Of a stretch of 64,000 bases of DNA, positions 48,980 through 60,908 are shown piece by piece; position 1 is the first letter of the stretch, and each line of letters starts with the position of its first letter. The stretch comes from Fimicolochytrium jonesii. Lineage: Eukaryota. Both the position numbers and the translations under genes were made by a program. Under the pieces are notes generated by a model that worked only from the letters and a program-made list of their open reading frames with translations, searched no databases and was not told the DNA's origin. The DNA lies in assembly GCF_025526975.1 (NCBI RefSeq), contig NW_026515690.1, positions 310,001-374,000 on the forward strand, given 5' to 3'.

Positions 48980-49834
48980 GGATAGAGGCGGGTCAATATT
49001 CTGCCCAATGGACGTGGACGCAGACTCCGGGTCAGGAAGCCGGTTGGTCTTCACCATTCACATGAAGGAGCGACATGCCTTATAGTCCACTCCCCGGTCA
49101 CCCCATACCACTGCGGAGAAAAAGCGACCTTGGGCCGTCGTCTCCTGGAAAGCTTGCGATCTGGGCATGCGCCAGTAGGCGTATGAGGACGTTGCGAAAT
49201 ATCGTCTTTACATTGGGTTGTGCCCGTCTTCCAAACCCGTCGAGGACATTGGATCAGGAGCGTTGTAGAAGACCGGTGGGTAGAATAGCGTTAGATAGAT
49301 TGGGTGTGCGGAGGAGCTGGGTTTTAGAGGTAAAGTATCGTTTCCTAGACTGTTTTGGTGGGTTAGGAGGTATTTTCGAACCCCAATATCGATCTGAAGA
49401 GCGTTTATTTCGATGCTGCACCACTTTATGAGCGCGAATCTGTCTCAACGCGGTTGCTGCATTGCACGGCGATGGCGTTTATTCGGCACAAGACCTAAAC
49501 CGAGAACAAAAGCCTTCAATATAGTGGGTTTCACCCCCACATTCACATTCACACGCCATCTCGGTCCCCCACAAACAGCCTGAAGAGACATTTCAACACG
49601 GAAAAAGACTCTGCACATTTTATCTCGTTTCTTGCATGGTATGCACAAAGCGGTTTTCTACATGCATAAGCAGCATCAAACAAGTAACAGCGCAGCTGTA
49701 TCCCAAACCCTACAAAACGACGCCATTCCGGAGTGGAAAGCGCGCTGATATAGGGGATCCCGCGATAACCGGCCGGGAGAACGACCGCGAGAAAATAAAA
49801 CCAAACCTTTCCCAAAGTGGGGAGGAGCTCAAGC

Positions 49835-51178
49835 TCAACCCTCATGTTTGACATGCGGGGATCCAGAGCGGCGAGCTGATCCGGAGGCACTCCCGCGACG
49901 ATGATCGTCGTACCGACGCGGGGCGGGGGAGCGGGATCGGTCGCGGGAGTCGGAGCGGTACTTTGAGCGGGACGAGTTGGAGTAACGGCCGCTGTCGCCG
50001 CCGCGACGGGGAGAGCGGTCGCGGGATCGGCTGCGGCTGCGGGTGCGGGACCGGCGACGACGACGGGGAGAGCTGGTAATAGATGGAGCAACGTCAATGC
50101 GGGCTCGTGATAGATGGTGGAGGCCCATCGAAAGACTGCTTGAATACATACCGGTCGTTCGGCCTGTAGCTGTCACCGGGAGATCGACGGCTATATTCCA
50201 CCGAGAGAAGGGAAGCGAGGTCAGAGTGATGAGTGCAACGCATTCCTCACTTGAAGAGAACCGAGGTTCCTTGAAAACTTGGGCAAGAGACTTGTGCTTT
50301 GAGGGCTTGAGTCTTGGCTTATCCAGATCCTTACCGGGGCCTATCGTTGTTCCGAGGACCGCGTCCACGCATTTCTCCGGGTGCTAATTTGAGTGAGTAA
50401 TTGAGCACCAGTCAGTTTTGTTGAAAACATTTCCAGGGACGACTTGCGAGAAAAGCATACTCTTTCGTCGTCCAGCAGCCCATTCGACCGTCAGAGTTCG
50501 TCCACTAATAGTGATGTACTCAATCTTCGTGAACGCAATGTTCGCTTGTTCCTGATCAGCAAACCTGTTTTTTTTGGCCGATCGCGCAGTGTGAATAGAC
50601 CTTGCATGGATTTCAATCACGGTCTTGGACAGAGCGATTCGTACTGGATGTAGGCAAAACCGCGGCTTTTCCCGGTGTAGTAGTCCACGGGCAGGTAGCA
50701 GTCAATGACATCGCCATAGGCCTGTGAAATATAGGGTGAGTTTCGGAACGACTCGATTTAGGCAAATCATATGAAAAGCTTACCTTGAAAGCCTGGATCA
50801 AATCTTCAGATCTGCAGAAAGCGATTCGAAGCCGGCAGTCAGCTCATGTTCACCAAACTAATCGCATGAGTATCTTCCCATCCCTCCATACCTCGTCCCA
50901 TCAGCAAGGCCACGAACGAAGAGGGAGCGAACTTCGTCGTCGCCACCACCACCACCCCCACCGTTCCTTCCGCGACCACCGCGACCGTTACGATCACCTC
51001 CATCCCTTCTGTCGTCACTACGGTCCCGTCCACCACGCTCTCGCCCCCTGCCCCTGTCACCATCTCGTTCCCGTCCGGGACTCCTTTCCCGCTCACGCTC
51101 GCCGCTGCGGTCCCTGCGTCTGCTGTCGCCATCCCGGAGCTGCTCGTCCTCCGTGTGCTCGTTCGCGTCGTTGGACAT
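49835..51178 (-). CDS. SR protein, SRSF10/12 (plant SCL)-like RRM plus RS domain, multi-exon
   Basis: SLFVRGLADGT|RSEDL; DCYLPVDYYTGKSRGFAYIQF; GRTLTVEWAAGRRK|TPGEMR; C-terminal RS repeats. Confidence 0.87.
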
Positions 51179-51628
51179 TCTGAGAAGATTAGAGAGCGCC
51201 TCCGCGAAAGCTATTCAATTCCAATATGCCTTAAGTAGAGCAAGGTATGGAGACTGCTCCGGCTGTGATGGTGGATCAGAGCTCCCTTCTCCCAAAGCCA
51301 AATCACCGTCCTAGGTCTTCGCACTCGGACGATGCGACGATTTCCAAGCGGATGAACAGTCACGTGAGGGCGGATTAAGTTTCGACGCGGGTCATGTGAC
51401 TTCATGTGCCTGAGTCGCTTCTTCGCATATTCCCTTGCCTCGGGCTTTCGCCCTTTTTTTTCCCAACGTCTTTGCCTTGCTGCTACAGTGCATTGACAGT
51501 TCTCCCACCAACCCGCAGGCCTTGTCGTATACTTTGGACGTATTTAAGGGACCTGTACATAGAAGCGGACGAGAACAAGGTCTCGCACGAAATATAATAA
51601 GCGGCAGGCAGGCAGGCAGGCAGGAGTT

Positions 51629-54600
51629 ATGAGCGTCGATACCGCCGAAGAGGGCACTGGCCGGCCCTTCCGGATCCACAGGTGTAAAGCTGTGAAGTAC
51701 AACCCCGCCGGTGTGGTCAGCTTGTCCGTGGTGCCAGAAACAGTTCCGTCCAACTCGCAGGGCGGCCGAATCAGTCGAAAGGACAACCTCGTCGCTTGTG
51801 CGAGGACTAATGGGGATATCGAACTGTGGAACCCAAGAGGGAAAGGGTGGTTCTTGGAGAGGGTATGTCAAATGATGAAGTAGTTCATGAGCTCTTTCAG
51901 AGAACTCTTTGTTATTTTAACACAATCTCGGAACTCTGCAGACCATTCCAGGATCGAAATCATCACCGATAGAAGCAGTTGTGTGGGTCCACCAAAACAA
52001 CGCCGTCGACGACTCGGACTTTGACACCCCCGAGGAACGGAAAGCATACCTAAAGTCCTTGAGGCAAGCTCAGCCACGACTCATATCGGCCGGACTCGAT
52101 GGTCGGATAGTAGAATGGGATACCACCACGTTGAAGCCTCACCGCGTAGCAGAAGTGGGTGGTGGTGCGATCTGGTGTGCGGCGCCCAACACGTCTCACA
52201 CCCGCCTAGCTGTTGGATGCGAGGACGGGCATGTGCGGGTTCTCGACATTAGCGATGACCAGCTCGTATTGCACCGACTGCTTGAGAAAAGCCCGACGAG
52301 GATCATGTCCATCGCATGGCACCCTAACGGCCAGTTCCTCGTTGCGGGTGGGGCAGATAGCAGTATTCGCAAGATCGATGTAAAAACGGGGAGGACGGTG
52401 CAGAGAATGACGACAGCCACGGTACCCGGGGAGGAAACGATCGTTTGGGACCTGAAAGTTCTAAAGGATGGAACTGTTGTCACTGGAGACTCCATGGGCC
52501 ACGTGACATACTGGGACTGGCAATCGGGAACTGCTTCAAATTCGACCCGTGCTCATGAAGCAGATGTGTTGTGCCTGGCTGTCAACAAGGCAGGCACTAA
52601 AGTATGGTCTTCCGGTGTGGACCGGAGAGTGGTGCAGTTCTCGCTGGTAGACTCATCCACGCAGCCTTCGGGAGAACACAAGGAGAAGCGCAAGGGCAGC
52701 AAGAGCCACGATCACCGACCAGGCGCAAAGCACTGGATTCTATCCGGCGAGAAACGATACCATTCACACGACGTCCGCGCGCTGGCCCTCCTCGAAGGTC
52801 GACCGCACGACGCCCTCATCTCCGGTGGTCTTGACACCACTTTGATCGTGTCCAGCCCACTCACCGAGTTCCCCTTCCTGAAACAATACCGCATGGCGTC
52901 CTTTCCCCATCGACCAATCGTACAGATCACAAAGAGCGGATCGAAACTCATGCTGGCGCGGTTCCAGGATCACATCAAGGTCTGGCGGTTAGGCGAGGCG
53001 CTGGCGCCAGCGAAGGTGACTGCACAGCTGCCGACGTATGCGAAAGTGGATCATCAACGTCCAACCTACTTGTTTACAATCAAACCGAAATTCGCGACGA
53101 ATCTCACTGCTGCCGCCATCTCAGAGGACGGGGAATGGGTGGCAGTGTCCGATATGAACTCTGTGAAACTCTTCCGGGTGGTGAAACCAGCCGGGAATGG
53201 GCAAGCGCGACAGGATGAATTCAAAATCAAGAGGGTAAAGGCATTCGAACTGAGGGTCAGCAATGTCATCAAGGGAGCACACAACTTTGTTTTCACGCCG
53301 GATTCGCTCCGTCTCATCGTGGCGGGAGCGGACTCTATCGTCTACGTCGTGGACCTCACGGCCGCGTCCGAAGATGTTTACAGTATAGTCAAGCAATTCG
53401 AAGCTCATAGGGGGGACGAGGGGAGTGACCACGGCGATGAAGACGCAATGGAGATCGAAGGCGTGGATAGCGCACCCGTCGCGGCGTCCAAAAAGCTAGT
53501 GACGAAAGGAGGGAGGGAAATGGTCGTCACGTTGTCTGTGAGTGGGGATGGGCAGTGGTTGGCGAGTGGGGATATGCTGAATCGGATCCACGTGTTCAAT
53601 CTGGACTCGTTGAAGGTATGAAGGATGCAGTGTGGATGATAATGCGTATGCGCGAGAACACGACGACTAAAGCGCCATATCCTTGATTTTTCTCCAAAAT
53701 AGCATCACGCCACTCTTCCTATTTTCTCAACGCTCCACACCACCCTCACCTTCCACCCCACCTCACCCACACTCATCACCACCACCGCATCGAACGAGTT
53801 CTACCTCTACGACTGCGAAGAGGCACGTCTAACGGACTGGTCCCGCGAGTACTCCCAGCGCCTCCCATTACGCTGGCTGAACCGTAAAGAAGTTGTGCTC
53901 GGCGTCGCGTTCGACCCGTTGCGGCCAGCGGGCATGATCCTATGGGCTGCCAACCACTTCACCTTCATCGATCTGGAGCAACCGCTCGGTCCGCGAGACG
54001 CGCTCATCAGCGCCGAGAAGCGGAGAAGGGTTTTGCAGAGGAAGGCGAGGAAGGCTGCTAAATGGGCGCGGATGAAGCGTGCTCAGCCGCAGGCTGATGA
54101 GCAGACCCATGTGAATGGGACAGTGGCTATGAACGGAACACCGGCGTCGATCAGACGGAAGGGCGTTAACGGCCAGCCTAACGGGCATCACGTCATTGAC
54201 GCCGATGGCGCTATCGTTATCGATTCGAGCGACGACGAGGACCTCGAAGACGACACGGACCCGCTCGACGCACACGACCTCCTCCTCCACGCTGGCGAAA
54301 CCAACGGCGTCTCCCATGCCGACACAGACGACGACGACGACATTGACGAAACGACACGGGCAGGTACCAAACGCCCACACACCGACGACGCCGACTCGGA
54401 CGCCGAGCCGCCCTCCACGCCCGCCTCAAAACCAATACCACGCGGGCAACGCGTCAACGGCATCCTCAAAACGCCGACACCGGTAGACGCCGCCAAGTAC
54501 AACACCACCCTGACCTTCTCCCCCGCGTTCAACATGGAGCACCGGTACGGACCCATCATGGGCCTGGCGTTTGTGTCGGAGCATGATCTGGCGGTTGTCG

Positions 54601-54671
54601 AGTTGCCGGCGTTGGCGGTTATGAATGGTGTTGCCGAAGGCGCGTTCCAGAAGCATACTTATGGAACGTAG
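51629..54671 (+). CDS. UTP4: U3 snoRNP/t-UTP WD40 protein Utp4 (Cirhin), 3 exons
   Basis: IHRC..V.YNP, ARTNGDIELWN, GGAIW, AVGCEDG, GDSMGHV, HEADVLCL, SSGVDRRV, HSHDVRAL, SGGLD, terminal VVE.P...FQKHTYGT*. Confidence 0.93.
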
Positions 54672-55172
54672 GGGGGACTTGGGGGGCAAGGACGTGGAGT
54701 TGGAGCGGGGGAGGGCTTCGAAAGCATCGGGAAGCAGGCCCATCCATCCATCCATCAGTGTATCATAAATCATTCCTTTCGCCCATCTTTTTTTTATTAT
54801 CATTATTATCACTCGACTGTTACCATTTGGCCCATCCGTCAATGATGTATCCTCTTTCCTGCATTGAGCTGATGAAGCACTGTTTATGATGTGACTTGGA
54901 AGCGGATATCAAAAGTACGGTTACAGAAAGAAGGGCCCACGCGCATGAGCGCCATACGCCGTCATCTTCTGTCAAATGGGCAAAGGAGTCGCGAGGCTAC
55001 CTGATCTACAGTACATCTACATCTACGAGGTCCAGCCTCATGGGGTTCGCCGCTTTCAACTTCTCATGGAATCTCGCTCCGTCTGTATATGTGGTTTGCG
55101 TGGGCGATAGCGCCGATGTGACCATTCCCGATGGCCAACAGCCGAGCATAGAGCTCCCTAGATGTACTACAT

Positions 55173-56477
55173 CTACCGCCTCAGATTCACTGCTTGCAAC
55201 CGATCAAGGTCATTCCGCCGCCCGAAGTCGTCATCACTATCCGAATCCTCCGACGAGTCATTCCGCTGAACATCGTCGTCACTATCCGGCGGCGGCTCCT
55301 TCCCATACTCCTGTTTGGAAAGCCATTCTTTGATTGCAGCACCCGACGTTTGGGTGACAACGAGGTCCAGCTGCAAGCGCTCCCGGGTGTATCCCTCCGT
55401 TCGATGCGTGAACAGCCACTGCACCATTTCGAGGCGTCCGCTACGGATCGCGGAGTTCAGGGCCTCCACTGTGCATCCCTCGTGTCGATGGATATGCAGG
55501 AATCTGACAACTTCAAGGTGACCCGCTGACGCAGCATAGTCCATTGCCCGTGTCGTGCATCCCTCCTTGCGGTGGGTGTGGAGGTACTCGACTATGGCAA
55601 GGTGACCCATTGATGCAGCATCGTCCATTGCCCGTGCCGTACATCCCTCGTGTCGATGGATATGCAGGAATTTGACAACTTCGAGGTGACCCGCCGATGC
55701 AGCATCGTCCATTGCCCGTGTCGTGCATCCCTCCTTGCGGTTTCCGTGCAGCCATTCAACCACAGGATGGAGGCCTTTCCGAGCAGCGTCGTTCATCGCT
55801 GCCGTAGTGCACCCTTCCGATCTGTTCTCGTGGAGCCACTGCACGACCGCCAGATGCCCGTTGGCGGCCGCTTCGTCCATGGCAGCCACGGTGCACCCCT
55901 CCGATCTGTTTTCATGGAGCCATTGGACTACCGCGAGGTCTCCCTCTGCCGCTGCCAAATCCATCGCGTTTGGGGTCGCCATCTCGTCCGGCCCGCGTTC
56001 GTGAAGCCATTGAATCACTGCAAGCTGGCCCTGCTCGGCTGCGACGTCCAGCGCATGGTACAGGTCGTCGCTGTACCCTGAGTCCCCGTCCGTGACGAGC
56101 GTACGCGTGACGAAGCGTGTGACGAGCGTACGCAATGCATCCGGGTACTTGTCGTGAAGCCATTGCGCTACATCGAGATCGCCGCAATCTAAAGCCATAT
56201 GAAGGGCGGTGACTTCGTCGCATCCTGAGACGTTGTACTTGCACAACCAACGCAGTGCCTCCATGTTGCCTGAACACCAAAGCTCCGGGCAAGCCACCAG
56301 GGGCAGGAGCTTTCTTTTCACCGTTTCTCGCTTGAAACTGATGGCGAACTTCACGGGGAGATAGAGGAAGATGTTGTCGACGACCTCGACGGGTAACGGC
56401 GGGAGGATCAGACTATCGGCGCTGGGTTCGACGTCATCGGGCGGTGAACCTAGACGGGCCTGGTGACAGGCCAGCAT
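55173..56477 (-). CDS. Intronless F-box-like plus short (28-aa) ankyrin-repeat protein
   Basis: LPPLPVEVVDNIFLYL followed by tandem GCTxxAMDxAAxxGHLxVVxWLHxxRxE repeats (84-bp DNA units). Start at ATG 56477 is inferred; the ORF is open further upstream. Confidence 0.85.
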   Translation of the reverse strand: MLACHQARLGSPPDDVEPSADSLILPPLPVEVVDNIFLYLPVKFAISFKRETVKRKLLPLVACPELWCSGNMEALRWLCKYNVSGCDEVTALHMALDCGDLDVAQWLHDKYPDALRTLVTRFVTRTLVTDGDSGYSDDLYHALDVAAEQGQLAVIQWLHERGPDEMATPNAMDLAAAEGDLAVVQWLHENRSEGCTVAAMDEAAANGHLAVVQWLHENRSEGCTTAAMNDAARKGLHPVVEWLHGNRKEGCTTRAMDDAASAGHLEVVKFLHIHRHEGCTARAMDDAASMGHLAIVEYLHTHRKEGCTTRAMDYAASAGHLEVVRFLHIHRHEGCTVEALNSAIRSGRLEMVQWLFTHRTEGYTRERLQLDLVVTQTSGAAIKEWLSKQEYGKEPPPDSDDDVQRNDSSEDSDSDDDFGRRNDLDRLQAVNLRR

Positions 56478-57576
56478 CTCCGTACGAAGGGAAGAGTGTG
56501 GATTTGGGTTGGACGTGATGATGCCCCAAGCGAGGCGAGGCGACGGAGGCGGTGCCCAGTGGCGCGGCGGGACCAGAGGACGAACGTGAACGTGTATGTA
56601 GAAAAAAGCGGTTGCACCAAGAGACGCCTGGAGGTCAGACAACGGACCGATTGTCCACCACGCGCATTTCACTGTACCTACTATGTACAGTACTACGTAT
56701 TTATAAGGACATCCTGGGGGTGCCGTTGTATGTAGAGGGACCGCATTCAGAGCGGCCCAAAAGGTGCGTGGGTGCAAGAGGAACCTAATAACTCTGTCTG
56801 CTAGTCACATGACTATGTAAAATCGATGAGAGAGGTCCCGGATCGATCGCGTACTGTACGTACACAGAGCGTGCGTTTGCGCCCAGGGTGCTGCTTTGGC
56901 CATGTGAAAGTGCCCAAAGCTGCAGTGTTTTTTATGCCTGGTGTTGAATCTTTGATCCCTGATGATTGCGGCGATGTGCGACATATTGCGAAGCATGCAA
57001 GCTGCTGCTGATGATCACCACCTGGGCCCGCGTTTAACCGTTCTCGTGCAGGAACGTGGTCCCTCGCCCACTGCTTTGTAACGGGCAGCCGTGTGCGATA
57101 ACCGGTAGATGACGGTGCCAGAGCCATTCTGCACAGTCGGTCACTGCAGTCATCACCCTGTGCCATTTCCATCAGAGCGGGCCTCTTTCCGCAGCTGAAA
57201 GTCTGGCTTTTTTCCTGCAACCAACCCCCACCCCACTGCCAAACAACAACAACACCACAAAAAAGGCAGAGATCACTCTTGCCAGAGGGGACCCATTCCA
57301 CCTTCACATAACAGGGGTTGCTCGCCATAACTATAGTGCCCTGCCCCCGCCGACCGTTCTTGTATTGTTGTGCGCTCCGCCAATTGGGACAGCCCTTATC
57401 GCCAAACTTCCCCCTCGTGGGAACGCGGGAAACGGCAACCCCCCCAGTTCCCAATTAACACATTTGCCCCCACCCGCTGAGCGTTGCCTTTCTCCTGTAA
57501 CACGACGACCCACCAGCGCGAAACCACTTCTTCCGATACCCATCGCCGGCTCCCTGCCCTTGTCTCGCTATCCGAA

Positions 57577-60063
57577 ATGACCTCCACAAACAATTCATCC
57601 ATACCAACGAGGCAGCAGCTCGCGGCCTCCACAAAAGCCTTGGTACCGCTGGTCAAGCCAGAGCGGAGCCTGTCAGTCGCTTCTCTACTCGACCGGTTTG
57701 CAGCGCTCACTCTGCCGTTGACTATGCCGCAGGAGGTCCGTAACAGCGAGCCGCACAAAATGTGGTCATTCGCCGCAAAGGCAAAGTCCGGCCTTCCGCA
57801 GGGGCGAAGGCTCGAGAACTTGGCATGGAGGTTACTGCATCTGTCCTTCAAGGAAAAGGAAGAAGCATTGCAGAACTTGAACGGTGGAATAAGCAAAGCG
57901 AGTACTTCACAGAATACTGGAAATCAGACCGAAGGGTCTGAAATGATGGTGGACAGCACTTCATCGCCAATGGACACGGCGACATCGCTGCCGCAACCCA
58001 TTCCAGGAGCTGGCTCAGAGCCTCAACAGTCCGCAGGCGCCTCGACATCCGATGGTCGCTCACAACAAACAGAACCGTACTCCACATCGAGCCGGTCAAT
58101 AGGAAAGATCAGCGATGCGCACACGAGTATAAGTCGAGATAACAGGACCCTGGGTGGACCAGGTGGATCTGCGGATACCACAAATGGTGAGTTGACGTAG
58201 TTGATAGCGTTCAACGACCCTCGATGCGAATTCATCGGGTTCTGCTGCGAGATTTACCGTTTTCCAACATCCACTCACCCATCACCAAAAATCAAATGTT
58301 CCGCTATAGCACATTCGATTGTAACATCTTTGCCGAAAACTTCTGGGGCGATGCTCGAAAAGAGCGCTGGCTCCGATTCCGGTATCGGCCTTAGCGCGAT
58401 GGACCAAAGTCAGGCCATGTCAGGCGTCGAATCCCAAAATGGGAATGCCGATGATCGTAAGGCAGCCCCCTCGTCAGCTAGTGAGACAGCCGCGCCACGA
58501 ATGCACACTGCTCCCACGCCAGTGTGCTATAACTGCGGGGTCACGAAAACCCCCTTGTGGCGCCGTGACGAGAACGGCAAACATCTCTGCAATGCTTGTG
58601 GTCTTTTCGCGAGACTGCACGGATATAAGCGACCGATTGATCTGAAAACGAAAGGGATCCGGAAAATCAAAAGGAAAACCAAAGATCAGAGAAACGCTCT
58701 GGCGAATCAGCAAATGCCGTCAACCAATCCGAATGAAGGACCTTGGTTCAATGTGCCGGGTGTGCCCAATGGGGCGCTGGCTTTCGCCTCATCCTTCCCT
58801 CCAGAGTTTGTCCCCGAGTACAACATGACGATGCCTTTCGATTCGGTTATAGGGCCGCAGATGATTGGGCCCGGAGATGCGACATACATAACCGATTTGG
58901 CCGGCGCACATCAACAGGACGCGGATGCGATGTTGAATCAGTTGCCGTATCAGCCTTTCCGCATCTCCAGCACCTCATCGATGCCTATCATGCATACGAA
59001 TCTGGCCTACGGGAACGTAGGGAGTGTAGTGGCGACTGTCCCGACAATAGCACCCGCAGCAGTATCGCCGGACCCCACCACGACCTCCTCCGCGCCGTCC
59101 GGGCCGGCGCTGGTGCCACCTGCACCGCAACCTGAATTCGGCGCGCCTCAGGACGGTCCCTCTTCCGTCCACATTGGCAAACGACGCAGAGTGGAAGACA
59201 CGCCCAACCAGCCGGTCTACACCCGCATCGAGGTTGTGCCCTACATGCCAACCCTCCCGGTTTCAACAGCAATATATCCACCCTACCAACAAACTGTTGC
59301 CACCTACTCGGAGGACCTCATGACCACGGATATGTCTACTGACGCTTCCATCGGTATCGCGCCCGGCTACATGTCAGCCCAGAACGTGGAACCCGATCGG
59401 ATCCGCGGGCTCTTGCAGGAGTTTCTAGCAAAGGAGAAATTGTCCGGCACGCTCCCGCCTGGGCTCGACATGGCGACTTTACTCAAAGGCCTCGGCAGAA
59501 CCTCCGATGACGGAGGAGACACCACATCCAACTCGGACACGGTTTCACCGCATGTGCCGCCGCTGGAGTCAGCTGTGGCCGTCCCGCATCAACAGACAGC
59601 GTCCGCCACCCCTTCGCCTTGGTCTGCCCTCAACACATCTCATATCGCCATTCCGGCCATGCCCGCAGCCACCGCCGCCGTCAGCCCGCCCAATCCGAGC
59701 GCAACGGCGTTTACCCCGCACTACCAGCCAAACAACCCAGCCTACATGCCCGAATTTGCGCCGAACCGCTATCAAACCAACGCTGACGCCGTGACCCACA
59801 CGACACCGATCGCCATGCCCTCGCGCACCAAAACGGTCTTCACCCACCAGAACGGACATCAGTACATCAACAACAACAACAACCAACAATATAACCCATA
59901 CAACAACCCGCACAATCCCTACGCATATAACCAGAACATCGCTGCTTCGCCCGCGTACAACTCGGACGACGTCATGACGGTCGGGAGGATGTGGCACACG
60001 GAGGAGCCGGCGGGGGTTGCGAGTGAGGAGTTGGTGGATCGGTTGTTGGGTTTTTGTGGGTGA
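57577..60063 (+). CDS. AreA/Gat1-like GATA factor (DUF1752 plus C-x2-C-x17-C-x2-C finger); intron 58187-58309
   Basis: [27 protein letters not shown] (DUF1752); [37 protein letters not shown]. Confidence 0.88.
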
Positions 60064-60908
60064 TTTGGACCGAGGAGGGGAAGTGGAAGGGATCCTTGAA
60101 ATTGTTGTTTTTCTGTCGGGCTGAAGAATGGGAGGGTAGGGTAGGGGCAGACGGTGTGGAAACAATCCCAACATTGCGCGGGCCGCATTGAGGAAAAACA
60201 AAAACGGGTAAACTGCGATCGAAAAAATAGCGGCTTGTTGGTGGGGATGTGCGTTGGCATGTTGCGATATCGGGGAAAGGAATGCAAACACGGACATCCG
60301 CAAAAACCCCGGCGATGGGGGTTTCAAGCATCGACGCAAGGGCGGGAAGACCGGGGGACTTGCTTGTGTAGGGGATTGGGTAGAAACAAACACCCCATGT
60401 ATATGTATGTATTCAGTGCGAAATAAAGGTTGGGGCGTGCCAGAACATTTACCCTGCGATGATACCGGTCTTTACCGAGCTGGCCGAAGCGCATATGGAC
60501 CTGTCTGTCCCGGTCGCGTGATGGGAAACTGTAACATCAATCCTCACCTCAGACCGTATGTACACCACTGCAAAAGACCCCATGTCAGTCACATAGATGG
60601 GATATTCGCCAATGGAAGCCGAACACGTATAGGGTTTCTGGCGGGCGCGGCGATATCCCTGCGTGTACAGGCGCAAGAACAGAAACCAGGCGAGTTTGGT
60701 TATTGCCGTGCGCAGCTTCCGCTCCGATCCACTCGCGAACATCACAGCCGATGATGATGAAAGCCGAACTGACATTTGTCGGAGACTACAGTAGTATGGA
60801 CTACCTGAAATGAAGGGGTACGAAAAAAAATGGGGTGTAATGCTATGCTATCCTACCCAAATGCACAAATACATAGACTGTCGTGTCCACCCGCGCCGGT
60901 GCACCCGC

